DNA from: Spartobacteria bacterium
GTDB taxonomy: Bacteria > Verrucomicrobiota > Kiritimatiellia > RZYC01
DNA length: 64,000 nucleotides
Direction of reading: 5' to 3'
NCBI GenBank assembly: GCA_009930475.1
Contig: RZYC01000002.1
Coordinates: forward strand, 1,121 to 65,120
Part shown: piece by piece, positions 45,410 through 57,414 of the stretch
Layout: each line of letters starts with the position of its first letter
Position numbering within the stretch: position 1 is the first letter of the stretch
Notes under the pieces: model-generated
What the model was told of the DNA's origin: nothing
Database searches by the model: none
Seen by the model: only the letters and a program-made list of their open reading frames with translations
Translations under genes and position numbers: made by a program

Positions 45410-46777
45410 TTATTTCGATGGCAGTGCTTTTGCAATCAGATCGTATTCCATAGACCCGATGACCGCCGCCTTTATGCGCTGGCCAGCCTGCCGAATGAAG
45501 GGGGATTTCGGCAGGAAGGTTACACCATCGACATCGGGAGCCTGCCCCTGTATACGTCCCTGCCAGCGGATACCATGTCGACCGATGCGACGGCTTCGCT
45601 CAATCAACACCTCCTGTGTCGTATTGCGCAGAGTCAGCAATTTGTTTTTAGAAGCCTCCTGCTGTGCCTCCATCAGCCGATCATAACGCCGCTCTTTTTC
45701 CTCGGCAGAAATAGGATCGCCCAGATGAAAGGCAGGTGTTCCCGGTTCCGGCGAATAAGTAAAAGCCCCAGCATGGACAAAATACCCCTGTTTCACAAAA
45801 TCAAGTAATTCCTCAAACTGGGCGGACGTCTCTGTGGGAAATCCCACGATAAAAGTGGTACGCAATAACGCCGAAGGGAGCAGTGTATGAATCGAATCCA
45901 GTAACGTATCGATGCTGCTGCGGGTAACCGGACGCCCCATGGACGCCAGCACCTCATCGTTAACATGCTGCAGTGGCAAGTCAAAATACGGACAGCAGCG
46001 AACATCCGATGCCATGGCACGAAGAATATCTTCCGTTAAATGTGCCGGATGACAGTACATAATCCGCAACCAGAAAGGACACTCGATCCGTAATATTTCA
46101 TATATCAGCTCAGGCAGCATGGCCTTTCCCTCTGAATCAATCCCGTACGCACTGGTATCCTGTGCAATGAGAATAATCTCCTGAACACCCGCCTCAAGCA
46201 GCTGCTGCACTTCCAAAATAATAGCAGCCATAGGCCGACTGATGTGCTCCCCTCGAATCAGCGGAATAGCACAATAATGACAACAATTCGAACACCCTTC
46301 CGATATCTTCACCGTTGCAGAAACCCCGCTCCCGGTCAGCATGCGCGGCAAATCATAAAAACGCTTATCCATTTTCCCCGTATGAACAAAAGACGGCGCA
46401 GCTTGTCCTTCAAGCAGTTCACGGCACATCTCTGGCAACGCTCTATAACGAGCAAAAGGCACCAGGGAATCCGCCTCTTGCATAAACGTCGAAAAATCAG
46501 GATGTTGCTGCAGCCGTTCAACCAAACACCCCATAGCCACAATCAACGGCCGCCCATGGCTGCGTAATGCCGCCAATTCGTTCATCACTTCAGCCGCTTC
46601 TTCCCTCGCCGATTGAATAAACCCGCATGTATTAACCAGGCAAATCGCTGCATCCCGTGGTTCGGGAGTATAAACAAATCCAGATTGTGCCATAAGCGCA
46701 AGCAATCGTTCGGAGTCCACTGTATTTTTTTCGCAACCTAAGCTAACCAGATGAAAAAGCACATGTTTAGTATTCAT
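45410..46777 (-). CDS. rimO: Ribosomal protein S12 methylthiotransferase RimO (radical SAM MTTase)
   Basis: MTTase N-domain Cys (LGCEKN..NTCGF), radical-SAM CHYC in EGCSNCCHYCAIP, C-terminal TRAM. The ATG is the complement of 46775-46777. Confidence 0.75.
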   Translation of the reverse strand: MNTKHVLFHLVSLGCEKNTVDSERLLALMAQSGFVYTPEPRDAAICLVNTCGFIQSAREEAAEVMNELAALRSHGRPLIVAMGCLVERLQQHPDFSTFMQEADSLVPFARYRALPEMCRELLEGQAAPSFVHTGKMDKRFYDLPRMLTGSGVSATVKISEGCSNCCHYCAIPLIRGEHISRPMAAIILEVQQLLEAGVQEIILIAQDTSAYGIDSEGKAMLPELIYEILRIECPFWLRIMYCHPAHLTEDILRAMASDVRCCPYFDLPLQHVNDEVLASMGRPVTRSSIDTLLDSIHTLLPSALLRTTFIVGFPTETSAQFEELLDFVKQGYFVHAGAFTYSPEPGTPAFHLGDPISAEEKERRYDRLMEAQQEASKNKLLTLRNTTQEVLIERSRRIGRHGIRWQGRIQGQAPDVDGVTFLPKSPFIRQAGQRIKAAVIGSMEYDLIAKALPSK

Positions 46778-46894
46778 AGGCCGTGAACCTATGCCATGAC
46801 ATCCCTGTATGTCAATAGTATGATTATAAATCAGACTTACTATTGATTTTCTCTTGATCATCACGGTACAAATCATAATATCAAAAGTTATGCA

Positions 46895-47473
46895 TCAATG
46901 TTTGATGAATCGATGCAGTCGGCCTATCAGCCATACAGGAAAGACAACGCATGCCACCACACCCAGTTCGCTGAAAAACGTTCTGACATGTTGCCATGAA
47001 AGAAAGCCATCCGACCAGCGAACACCGGAAAACAAAACTATGGGTGACTGATAACGCTGTGTTGATACGGGCCAAAACAACATAACGCCACGGCCAAAAC
47101 AGCAATAATCCAACATTACGTGTACCGCATAACCTGTAACGACCAATATACTCCAAGCCCGTCCCGTTCCCCTTCGCAACGTCTCTGCTGTCATACCTGC
47201 TATCAACGCAACAACACACGCGACGAGCAGACTGTGCATCCCCTGATTGTGATAATCGCGCATATTTCTGCATAGCATCCCTATGGCGGCATCTATGTCG
47301 GGCAGCATGGAAAAAAATACGCATAAAAATAACAGCGTCCATGCTGTCCCAAAATATTTTTGCAGCCGCTCCGGGTTAACAAATCGTCGTATACCCATAA
47401 ATAGTCCGCAACCAGCGGCCACATGAATGACCGGCGAGGGCATCAGGATCTCCGGCGAAAAAGCGATTGCCAA
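46895..47473 (-). CDS. Membrane-bound metal-dependent hydrolase-like protein (YdjM/DUF457-like)
   Basis: Four to five TM helices with conserved His/Asp residues typical of DUF457. Weak assignment. Confidence 0.4.
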   Translation of the reverse strand: MAIAFSPEILMPSPVIHVAAGCGLFMGIRRFVNPERLQKYFGTAWTLLFLCVFFSMLPDIDAAIGMLCRNMRDYHNQGMHSLLVACVVALIAGMTAETLRRGTGRAWSILVVTGYAVHVMLDYCCFGRGVMLFWPVSTQRYQSPIVLFSGVRWSDGFLSWQHVRTFFSELGVVACVVFPVWLIGRLHRFIKH

Positions 47474-48252
47474 AAACTGCGACGTGACGCTGCTGTTCGA
47501 TATGCAGTCATCGGCTCCAGCTGTTCAATATCTTCCCCCTCCAAAATGTGACGTGGATTGCCGTCAAAAAGCAGCGCAGCGGCTTCTTCTCCTCTGACAG
47601 CAACGACGACCGAACGCGCATTACTAAGTACGGGAGGCCGTGTTTTTGCATTATGGGTGTCGCTGGCAATGACGTGTATCCATCCCTGCTGCAACCAGTG
47701 AGACAGCATACCATGCATTCCGTTGCGTTGCTCCTCCACAAGTGAACCTGCGGTAACCTGAATGACCGCACCCTGTGCTACAGAGCGTTCGATCAACGCA
47801 TCTGACTGATCCTGCAAAAACATGCGGAGCCGCTCAGGATGGGCTAATACGGGCACGATGTCATTGAGTTGACACTGAAATATCAGGTCGCCCAAAGCAT
47901 CTGAAAATTCACCTACATGCGGAAATTCCAACAAAAAATATCTGGGTTTCGCTCCATAAAAAGGTATGACGCTGTTTCGAAGCTGCTGGATCACATCGGG
48001 TACCACACGGATCTCGCCCCCGGCGTGCAGCTGTAATGGAATATGCTGGTCATGAAGTGTGCACCTCAATGCATCCAATGCGCGTGATACATCATCCATT
48101 GACGGATTTCCTGCATCACACAGCATGTGCGGCGTCGCCACCATTTCCGTGATACCGTCCGATACAGCTATGCGTGCCATCGCGACACTCATGTCCATGT
48201 TCTTCGCACCGTCATCTATCCGAGGAAGAATATGGGCATGAATATCAATCAT
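47443..48252 (-). CDS. PHP-family protein-tyrosine phosphatase (CpsB/YwqE type)
   Basis: MIDIHAHILPRIDDGA...ATPH motifs of Mn-dependent CpsB phosphatases. Confidence 0.75.
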   Translation of the reverse strand: MIDIHAHILPRIDDGAKNMDMSVAMARIAVSDGITEMVATPHMLCDAGNPSMDDVSRALDALRCTLHDQHIPLQLHAGGEIRVVPDVIQQLRNSVIPFYGAKPRYFLLEFPHVGEFSDALGDLIFQCQLNDIVPVLAHPERLRMFLQDQSDALIERSVAQGAVIQVTAGSLVEEQRNGMHGMLSHWLQQGWIHVIASDTHNAKTRPPVLSNARSVVVAVRGEEAAALLFDGNPRHILEGEDIEQLEPMTAYRTAASRRSFWQSLFRRRS

Positions 48253-48282
48253 AATGACGCGATTTCATTCTGTGAAAGCGAG

Positions 48283-50433
48283 CTATGCTCTGTCCGCTTT
48301 TTCGTCCTCTTCATATTTGTAATATTTGCCATAATAGCGGCCATAATAGTAGCCACCGTAATAACCACGGCTTTTCGGCTCATCTATATTGTTCAGGATA
48401 ACACCAAGCAATCGGATATTTGTGGCCTGATGAATACGATCCGCGACGCTTTTTGCCGCCTGTTTTGGGGTGGAGAAACTGCGGACAACCAACATAATAC
48501 CGTCGATCATTTTGCCGATTACCATGGAATCCACTAGATTATGTGACGGGGGGGTATCAAAAACAACAAAATCAAAACGTTCTTTTACGTGAGCAACCAA
48601 ACGTGCAAATTCAGGTTTTTCAAGCAATTCCACCGGATGGGGCGGAATCGGACCGCACGGCATAAAATAGAGATTTTCCACTTCCGTCTGCATGATGACA
48701 TCATCTAGGCGTACTGAATCATCCCCGATAAGAATGTTCGATAATCCTTTTTTATTATCCATGCCAAACACCTTGTTCAATCGGGGCTTACGCATATCGG
48801 TATCCACAAGCAGTGTTCGTTTTCCTACCTGAGCCTGAGCCACAGCCAAGTTAATGGAAATAATAGATTTCCCTTCCTGCGGAAAAGTACTGGTAACGGC
48901 AACGGCGTGGAGTGCGGTAGTGGTTTCTCTGAACCCCAGCACGGTTCGTAGCGCACGAAACGCTTCGGCAAACTGACTTCGATGGTTCCCCAATGCGGAA
49001 AGATCCGCCGCCCCTTTGCCTTTCTCATCCGTTTCGGCACTGGGCACACCAACCAACAAATCCGTCTTCAACATATGACGTACGTCAAAATCGCTTTTCA
49101 CGGTCATATCCATATAATCGACGAAGAAAGCCAACCCCACAGCCATACCCATCGCCAGAACAATCGTAATCGCCAGATTTCTCATTTTTCGCGGCCATGA
49201 TGGATTTTGCGGAACCAGTGCCTTGGAAATGACGAATACATTTTCACCCTGCCGGCTCATTCTGTTCACATCAATTTCCTGAATACGTTTGATAATACGG
49301 TTGTAGGCACTTTCTATGGTCGTTCTGCTCTGTTGTAGCAGCTGATACTCTGAATTCAGTTCCGCCATGCGAAACACTTCCAGCTTATGCTCATTCAAGG
49401 CCTCTCTTGCCAGACGCTCTTCTTCTATTGCCTGATTATATTGTATGCCCAGTGACTGCAAAATAGATGATGCCTCAAAGGCAATTTTCATCTGAAGGGT
49501 TTGCATTTCATTGCGAAGGGCGGCCAGCTGCGGATGACTCTCACCCAGTCGTTCCTGCTTCTGCGAATATTCTGTTTCCAACCGCGCTAAATCAATTTTT
49601 AGCGAGCGAATAACGGGTGAATCAATAACATCAGGCAGGCTGTCGACCGACACCCCTTCTTCCACTGCGTGATCTGCCGACTGTTTTTTAGCCTGCAGCC
49701 CCATCCGCAGCGGTTCTATCTTAGTCAGATTGCGGCTCAGATCCTGAAGACGCTCGATGATAATATTCTGCGTTTTCTCAAAAGAAACCACATTATTTTT
49801 TACCATAAAATCCTGTAAAGCACGCGTTGATACATCCAGATCCTGCCGAAGCGAATCAGCCTGGCGCCGCAACTCTTCAATCCCCTCTTCTGAAATGCCC
49901 TGACGGCGTTTACGAGTTTCGTCAAGATAAGATTCAATTACGGCATTCACAATGCGGGCGGCGTACACAGGATTGGGATGACTGATCGATACATCTATAA
50001 GCGACGTTCGTCTTAAGATGCTTATTTCCAATGAGTCCGCCAGTGCTTTAACCGGATTTTTCATTTCACCGAAAACTGGATCATTGGCCAAATTCGCTTT
50101 AACAAAGGTAGCTTCCAACACAGGCTGAGACTTCAGCAGCTCCGCCTGCGTGTTCATAAATTCCGCCTGCTGCGACATGCGACCATCCTCCATCGCATCC
50201 TGCATCCCCGTCAGGTTTACCGAAGAGGCTTCAACAAGCACGCGGCTCGTCGCCTCATAAAGAGGCGTACGAGTCCACGTATAAATAATACCCAGGATAA
50301 GTATAATGCTGAATACTGCAATGACCATGGGAAGTCTGCGCAGAACAATGCCTACATAATCCCAGAGATGAATCTCTGATTCATCTCCACCTGCCTGCTG
50401 AAAATCGACATCGTCCTGATCCATCTGATTCAT
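48283..50433 (-). CDS. Polysaccharide co-polymerase / BY-kinase (Wzc-like) with a C-terminal Tyr-rich tail
   Basis: Wzz-type periplasmic coiled coil. Cytoplasmic Walker A TSTFPQEGKS. Tail YYGGYYYGRYYGKYYKYEED. Confidence 0.85.
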   Translation of the reverse strand: MNQMDQDDVDFQQAGGDESEIHLWDYVGIVLRRLPMVIAVFSIILILGIIYTWTRTPLYEATSRVLVEASSVNLTGMQDAMEDGRMSQQAEFMNTQAELLKSQPVLEATFVKANLANDPVFGEMKNPVKALADSLEISILRRTSLIDVSISHPNPVYAARIVNAVIESYLDETRKRRQGISEEGIEELRRQADSLRQDLDVSTRALQDFMVKNNVVSFEKTQNIIIERLQDLSRNLTKIEPLRMGLQAKKQSADHAVEEGVSVDSLPDVIDSPVIRSLKIDLARLETEYSQKQERLGESHPQLAALRNEMQTLQMKIAFEASSILQSLGIQYNQAIEEERLAREALNEHKLEVFRMAELNSEYQLLQQSRTTIESAYNRIIKRIQEIDVNRMSRQGENVFVISKALVPQNPSWPRKMRNLAITIVLAMGMAVGLAFFVDYMDMTVKSDFDVRHMLKTDLLVGVPSAETDEKGKGAADLSALGNHRSQFAEAFRALRTVLGFRETTTALHAVAVTSTFPQEGKSIISINLAVAQAQVGKRTLLVDTDMRKPRLNKVFGMDNKKGLSNILIGDDSVRLDDVIMQTEVENLYFMPCGPIPPHPVELLEKPEFARLVAHVKERFDFVVFDTPPSHNLVDSMVIGKMIDGIMLVVRSFSTPKQAAKSVADRIHQATNIRLLGVILNNIDEPKSRGYYGGYYYGRYYGKYYKYEEDEKADRA

Positions 50434-50490
50434 TAATTTATCCTGCTATCCTTTTAAATATTAATCACTTACAAAAGCACCAAACTGGGA

Positions 50491-51582
50491 TCAATTATCA
50501 TCCAAGCGGTAAGTAAATGTGAAGACACCTCTAAATACATCCCATGCTTCAGCCATAACGAACTTGCCACCCGACTGCGGCACATGGATAACGTCATCCT
50601 GATGAACGAAAATGTTAGGAGCTTCGCCACGTTCAATTGCTGTAATACTGACAGGTATGCGCTGTTCGTTTCCATTGTCGAAACGACGGATAATGTAACA
50701 TCCGCTTTGATCCGCATCCCACTGCAGACCGCCGGCAAGGGCCACGGCTTCAAGAATGCGCAGCGATCTTGAAATCGTATATCCGCCCGGGTTTGCGACT
50801 TTCCCATAAACAAAGAAACTCGGTGCACGAGGAATCTGAATCACGTCGCCGCCCTGCAAAATAGCATTGTATTCGTAGTTTCCTTTTTCAAGCAGGTCTT
50901 CCAAATCAATGGCAATACGCAGTTGTTTACCCTTTTCATCAGGACGCAGTACATAGGCCGCACGTCCGGCATCAGCTGACGGACCGCCCGCCAGTGTCAA
51001 CATATCCAGCAGTGTCGTCACATTCTGATGAATAGCATAGACGCCTGGAAGATTGACCGCACCAATAACAGAAATACGCAAACTGCGATATTCTTTAACC
51101 GAAACGGCGACACGGGGGTTTTGTATCAGATTACTGGACTCAAGTTCTTCCACCAGTGCCTGCTGAATTTCTTTAACGCTCTTATTAACGACATTCATCG
51201 CCCCGATAGATGGCAGAACAATGTCGCCAGTTTCTGATACGCGGAATTCCAGCGTTTCGGTTTTTTCTCCCATCTGCCATTCGAAAACGGAAATCTCCAA
51301 CACATCATCAGGCCCCACGCGATAATCTTCATCCATGATGCTTTTTAACTTTTGCGTCTGACGGATCCATTCACGACTTTGTTCATCACTGAACTGCATA
51401 GGATCATCCGATGCAGTCATCGTATACGAACTAGTCTGCAATTTACCTGGACCAGATGCGGCACAACCGGCAAACATAGCAATGCCAGCTAAAGCTAGAA
51501 TTCCAGAAAGAATTCTACATGAATTTTTTATATAACCATTATCACTCATCGGGGCTCCTTCGTTGTTTAGGAATACAGACAC
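50491..51582 (-). CDS. Outer-membrane polysaccharide export protein (Wza-like), lipoprotein
   Basis: Lipobox MFAGC, PES motif YRVGPDDVLEISVF, SLBB repeats. Confidence 0.8.
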   Translation of the reverse strand: MSVFLNNEGAPMSDNGYIKNSCRILSGILALAGIAMFAGCAASGPGKLQTSSYTMTASDDPMQFSDEQSREWIRQTQKLKSIMDEDYRVGPDDVLEISVFEWQMGEKTETLEFRVSETGDIVLPSIGAMNVVNKSVKEIQQALVEELESSNLIQNPRVAVSVKEYRSLRISVIGAVNLPGVYAIHQNVTTLLDMLTLAGGPSADAGRAAYVLRPDEKGKQLRIAIDLEDLLEKGNYEYNAILQGGDVIQIPRAPSFFVYGKVANPGGYTISRSLRILEAVALAGGLQWDADQSGCYIIRRFDNGNEQRIPVSITAIERGEAPNIFVHQDDVIHVPQSGGKFVMAEAWDVFRGVFTFTYRLDDN

Positions 51583-51631
51583 TAAAAAACGCGTCTAAAC
51601 TACACGTCCTGCGCAAATAATCAAGCGCAAA

Positions 51632-53871
<2,240 letters not shown>

Positions 53872-54048
53872 TCATAAACACGAGCCATACTCCACACCCG
53901 TCACGTCACATGGAAAACCGATGCAGAGGATGCTATTTTGAGTACGCCAAATCAAATTAAAAATGGAAATATGCCTATGCATATATTAATCTGACTTATT
54001 ATTAATTTCTCCTTGACTTACAATCACACACACGCCACATTCACAGAC

Positions 54049-55029
54049 ATGAAACAGCGAATTAAAATGAAGCCATTGGCATACTACCACTGCATGAGCC
54101 GTATTGTTGGACGTCAAATGTTGCTGGGGGATGTGGAAAAAGAGCATATGCATCGATTAATCCGGCGAATCGAGGGGTTTACAGGTGTGCGTGTTCTGAC
54201 TTACGCCATCATGACCAATCACGTACACCTGCTTCTTGAGGAGCCGGATCAGGATACGGTCATTTCGGATGATGTGTTTCGGCGGCGACTGACCTGTTTG
54301 TATTCCAAGGATGAAATCGACGAACTTTATGAGTGCTGGAGCCTTTGGGAGCTCGACGGCTGCGCCGCAGCTGTACGGGAAGATAAACAGCGATACATGA
54401 ATAGAATGCACGACATCAGTGAATTCATGAAACAATTAAAACAACGGTTTTCTCGTTGGTACAACAAACGAAATCAACGTTCCGGTGCTTTGTGGGACAC
54501 ACGATTCAAGAGTGTTTTAGTGGAAGCAGGAACCCCGCTGAGAGTTGTGGCGGCCTATATCGAAATGAATCCGGTGCGGGCGGGCATGGTTAAAGAACCT
54601 CAGCATTATCGCTTTGGCGGGTTCGGCGAAGCATTGGGCGGCGGAATGGCGGCACGTGACGGCCTTCGCAAAATTGCCGCATGGATAGAACCGAACGTAA
54701 CGACCTGGAGCGAAGTATCGTCGCACTATTTGGAGCGCATTCTGATGTACGACGAGGTGCGCACCCATCCGGAACAAGCATGTACGGATCATGATTTTCT
54801 GCGTAAAAAGCTGGGTGACCGAGCGGAACTGACCGCCCATGAACGGCTACTTTGTCGCAGCCGTTATTTCACTGATGGCAGGATTATTGGTGGAAAAGCC
54901 TTTGTTGAAGCTTTTTTTCAGGAAAATAAAGATTATTTCGGGCCTAAACGAACGAAAGGTTCGAAAAAAGTCAAAGGCGGCTGGCAGGATTTATTCGCTA
55001 TTCGTGATTTGATGGACTGGCAGTCCTGA
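54049..55029 (+). CDS. IS200/IS605-family Y1 HUH transposase, RAYT-like, second paralog
   Basis: MKQRIKMKPLAYYHCMSR..., HUH NHVHLLLE, GALWDTRFKSVLVE...AAYIEMNPVRAGMV. About 70 % identical to the 33828-34787 protein over its full length. A REP palindrome lies 15 nt after the stop. Confidence 0.7.
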   Translation: MKQRIKMKPLAYYHCMSRIVGRQMLLGDVEKEHMHRLIRRIEGFTGVRVLTYAIMTNHVHLLLEEPDQDTVISDDVFRRRLTCLYSKDEIDELYECWSLWELDGCAAAVREDKQRYMNRMHDISEFMKQLKQRFSRWYNKRNQRSGALWDTRFKSVLVEAGTPLRVVAAYIEMNPVRAGMVKEPQHYRFGGFGEALGGGMAARDGLRKIAAWIEPNVTTWSEVSSHYLERILMYDEVRTHPEQACTDHDFLRKKLGDRAELTAHERLLCRSRYFTDGRIIGGKAFVEAFFQENKDYFGPKRTKGSKKVKGGWQDLFAIRDLMDWQS

Positions 55030-55044
55030 TTTGCCCAAAATATA

Positions 55045-55067
55045 AAGTTCCAATCATTGGAACTTTC
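55045..55067. repeat. REP-like palindrome immediately downstream of RAYT paralog 2
   Basis: aaagttccaatcattggaacttt. Confidence 0.75.
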
Positions 55068-55096
55068 TAAACCCCAGGAAAAGGGATTCTACACGT

Positions 55097-56272
55097 ATGT
55101 TTGTGGGTTTAATAAGTTGCTTATTGATCATCATTTATATCTACATTGGATATCCCGCACTGATCAGTTTATGGTCAAAGCTATGTTGCAAATCAGAGCA
55201 GGATGAATGCGTTTTCAGTGGTTGTACCGTGGTTATTGCGGCGCACAATGAAGCGACGCATGCAGAACGAAAGCTACATGAACTCTTGTCGGGAGACAAC
55301 GGCCGGATGGTTCAGCGAATTGTGGTGATTTCTGACTGCTCGGATGATGGCACAACAGAACGTATTCGCTCATTAAATGACCCGCGTATCCATCTCATTG
55401 AGCAGGACATCCGATCGGGCAAGTCGGCCTGTTTAAATATTGCGAGGCAGCACATCATCAGCGATGCGGTGGTGATGATGGACATGCGGCAGCGTGTTCC
55501 CGACGGCTGTATTCGGGCATTATTAGAACGTCTTGGGCATGAGCAGGTGGGCGTGGTTTCCGGAGAGCTGCTATTTGGTCAGACCGACGGAGCTTCGGCC
55601 GCAAAACAGGGTATGGGCGTATACTGGCATTATGAAAAATGGATTCGCAGACGAGAAGCGCAAACAGCCTCTGTCCCCGGCGCAACGGGAGCCTGTTACG
55701 CTATTCGACATAATTTATGGAAAGCCATTCCAGCATCAACATTATTGGATGATGTGGCCATCCCCATGCAGGCGGTCATGCAGGGATTTCGATGCGTATT
55801 TGAAGAGCGCGCCGTTGTTTACGATTCGCCGTCACAGCATTCGGCACAGGAATCGGTTCGCAAAAGGCGTACACTGGCGGGCAATGTGCAGTTGGCCATA
55901 CTCTTCCCTGAGCTGCTGCTTCCATGGCGCAATCCCATCTGGATTCAGTACGTGTCACACAAAATCATGCGGCTGACCTCCCCTTTTGTCATTCTTACTG
56001 CATTGATTCTGACGATTTCGGGTTTGTTCCGCACGACATCCGGAATGGAGTCCTTTTTTTTTAAAGCAAGCGGCCTCGGAGAACTCGTCTTCCTCCTTTG
56101 CGGACTGACAGGCCTATACATGGAATATCAGGGCAGAAAAAACGTTCCAAAAATATTTGCGATCAGCTGGATGTTTATGATGCTCAACTGGATCACTCTG
56201 CTCGGGGTGATCGACGGACTGCGAGGGAAACACACCGCAACCTGGAACCGGGCCTATACCAATCAGAACTGA
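55097..56272 (+). CDS. Family 2 glycosyltransferase, membrane-anchored (processive-synthase-like)
   Basis: GT-A motifs ...TVVIAAHNE..., DCSDDGT, and a C-terminal TM region. Confidence 0.7.
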   Translation: MFVGLISCLLIIIYIYIGYPALISLWSKLCCKSEQDECVFSGCTVVIAAHNEATHAERKLHELLSGDNGRMVQRIVVISDCSDDGTTERIRSLNDPRIHLIEQDIRSGKSACLNIARQHIISDAVVMMDMRQRVPDGCIRALLERLGHEQVGVVSGELLFGQTDGASAAKQGMGVYWHYEKWIRRREAQTASVPGATGACYAIRHNLWKAIPASTLLDDVAIPMQAVMQGFRCVFEERAVVYDSPSQHSAQESVRKRRTLAGNVQLAILFPELLLPWRNPIWIQYVSHKIMRLTSPFVILTALILTISGLFRTTSGMESFFFKASGLGELVFLLCGLTGLYMEYQGRKNVPKIFAISWMFMMLNWITLLGVIDGLRGKHTATWNRAYTNQN

Positions 56273-56277
56273 CCTCA

Positions 56278-57414
56278 TCACCCAGCCACAAAATCTTCGG
56301 GTCGATTCAGACTGTACTGAATAATCGCCGAAATGTGAGAGGCCTCGATATTGCGCCAGAATACCCGCCATTTAGTATCATTAAAATAACCGTGAGCCTG
56401 CTTCTCATACCAGGAATTAATCGGATTAGAAATGCGTGCCCGCCAGAACAGACGGGGATGATCATGACACATTTCATGCCAAAGTTCCTGTGCGAGACCC
56501 TCTCCACGCGCCTCGGTTCCTACAGCAAACTTAGATAGATACATCCCCTCCAGCGTCTCCTCCAGCAATCCGGCACCACAATAATTTTTATCGATATAAA
56601 ACGCACGAATGCAAGATAGTGCCTGCGTTTCATCCACCAGCTTCTTGCGGAAACTATCCTCCAGAAGACACACCAGCCGCGGGACATCAACTTGATCGAC
56701 CGAATCGTATCGACAGATAACCGATCCGCGTCGAATAACGCATCCCGCACCGCGCACCGTAAAGAGCTCCTGCAGCAGATTCCAGGATGATGCAACGGAC
56801 ACATGCGCCGAAGGAACCTGCCTGAGCACCTGATCAGCGAGCGAAACGATCCATTGATCATCCGGCACCACTGGAACCTGATGAGGACGTCGGGTATAGT
56901 GGTAAGATTGTTCAACGCCGTCTCTTCCGGTGAGCATACCTTTCGGACGAATAATATGCAGGCGGCGACACAGTTCAGGAACGAGGCGCGAACAACTCTG
57001 CGGCAACGACAGATGCGCAAAAGAAACAACAGGGACAATCCCGTCGTCATGACATTGCCGGGCAAACTGCTCGACCTCCTTCACATTTATTTGCGCTGGA
57101 TCTCGAACGTCATCCATCGTCAGCAACCGAAAAGAATCAGACTCCTCGCGCATACACGTCGACATGGGCACCGCATGATCCCCACACAGCAAAATCAGCG
57201 GCGTCAGCTCCAGCCGTGTAAGCAGTTCAAGGTCAAACCGAAACACCGCAACGGCATCCTCAAACGCCTCATGATACGGACACAACAAGGCAAAAACAGG
57301 AGAAGCATTTTCATGAAATTTCCTCAAATAAAATTCGTACTCATCGCGCTGCCCGATACTATCAAGGAACAGACGAACACTTTTATTGAACAAATTAGGC
57401 ATCAGCCGCACCAA
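56278..57414 (-). CDS. N-acetylglutamate synthase-like protein of the vertebrate/fungal type (AAK-like domain plus DUF619-type NAT domain)
   Basis: C-terminal LFWRARISNPINSWYEKQAHGYFNDTKWRVFW matches the conserved LFWRSRxxNPxNxWYFxxSxG...W block of vertebrate-like NAGS NAT domains. Confidence 0.5.
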   Translation of the reverse strand: MVRLMPNLFNKSVRLFLDSIGQRDEYEFYLRKFHENASPVFALLCPYHEAFEDAVAVFRFDLELLTRLELTPLILLCGDHAVPMSTCMREESDSFRLLTMDDVRDPAQINVKEVEQFARQCHDDGIVPVVSFAHLSLPQSCSRLVPELCRRLHIIRPKGMLTGRDGVEQSYHYTRRPHQVPVVPDDQWIVSLADQVLRQVPSAHVSVASSWNLLQELFTVRGAGCVIRRGSVICRYDSVDQVDVPRLVCLLEDSFRKKLVDETQALSCIRAFYIDKNYCGAGLLEETLEGMYLSKFAVGTEARGEGLAQELWHEMCHDHPRLFWRARISNPINSWYEKQAHGYFNDTKWRVFWRNIEASHISAIIQYSLNRPEDFVAG

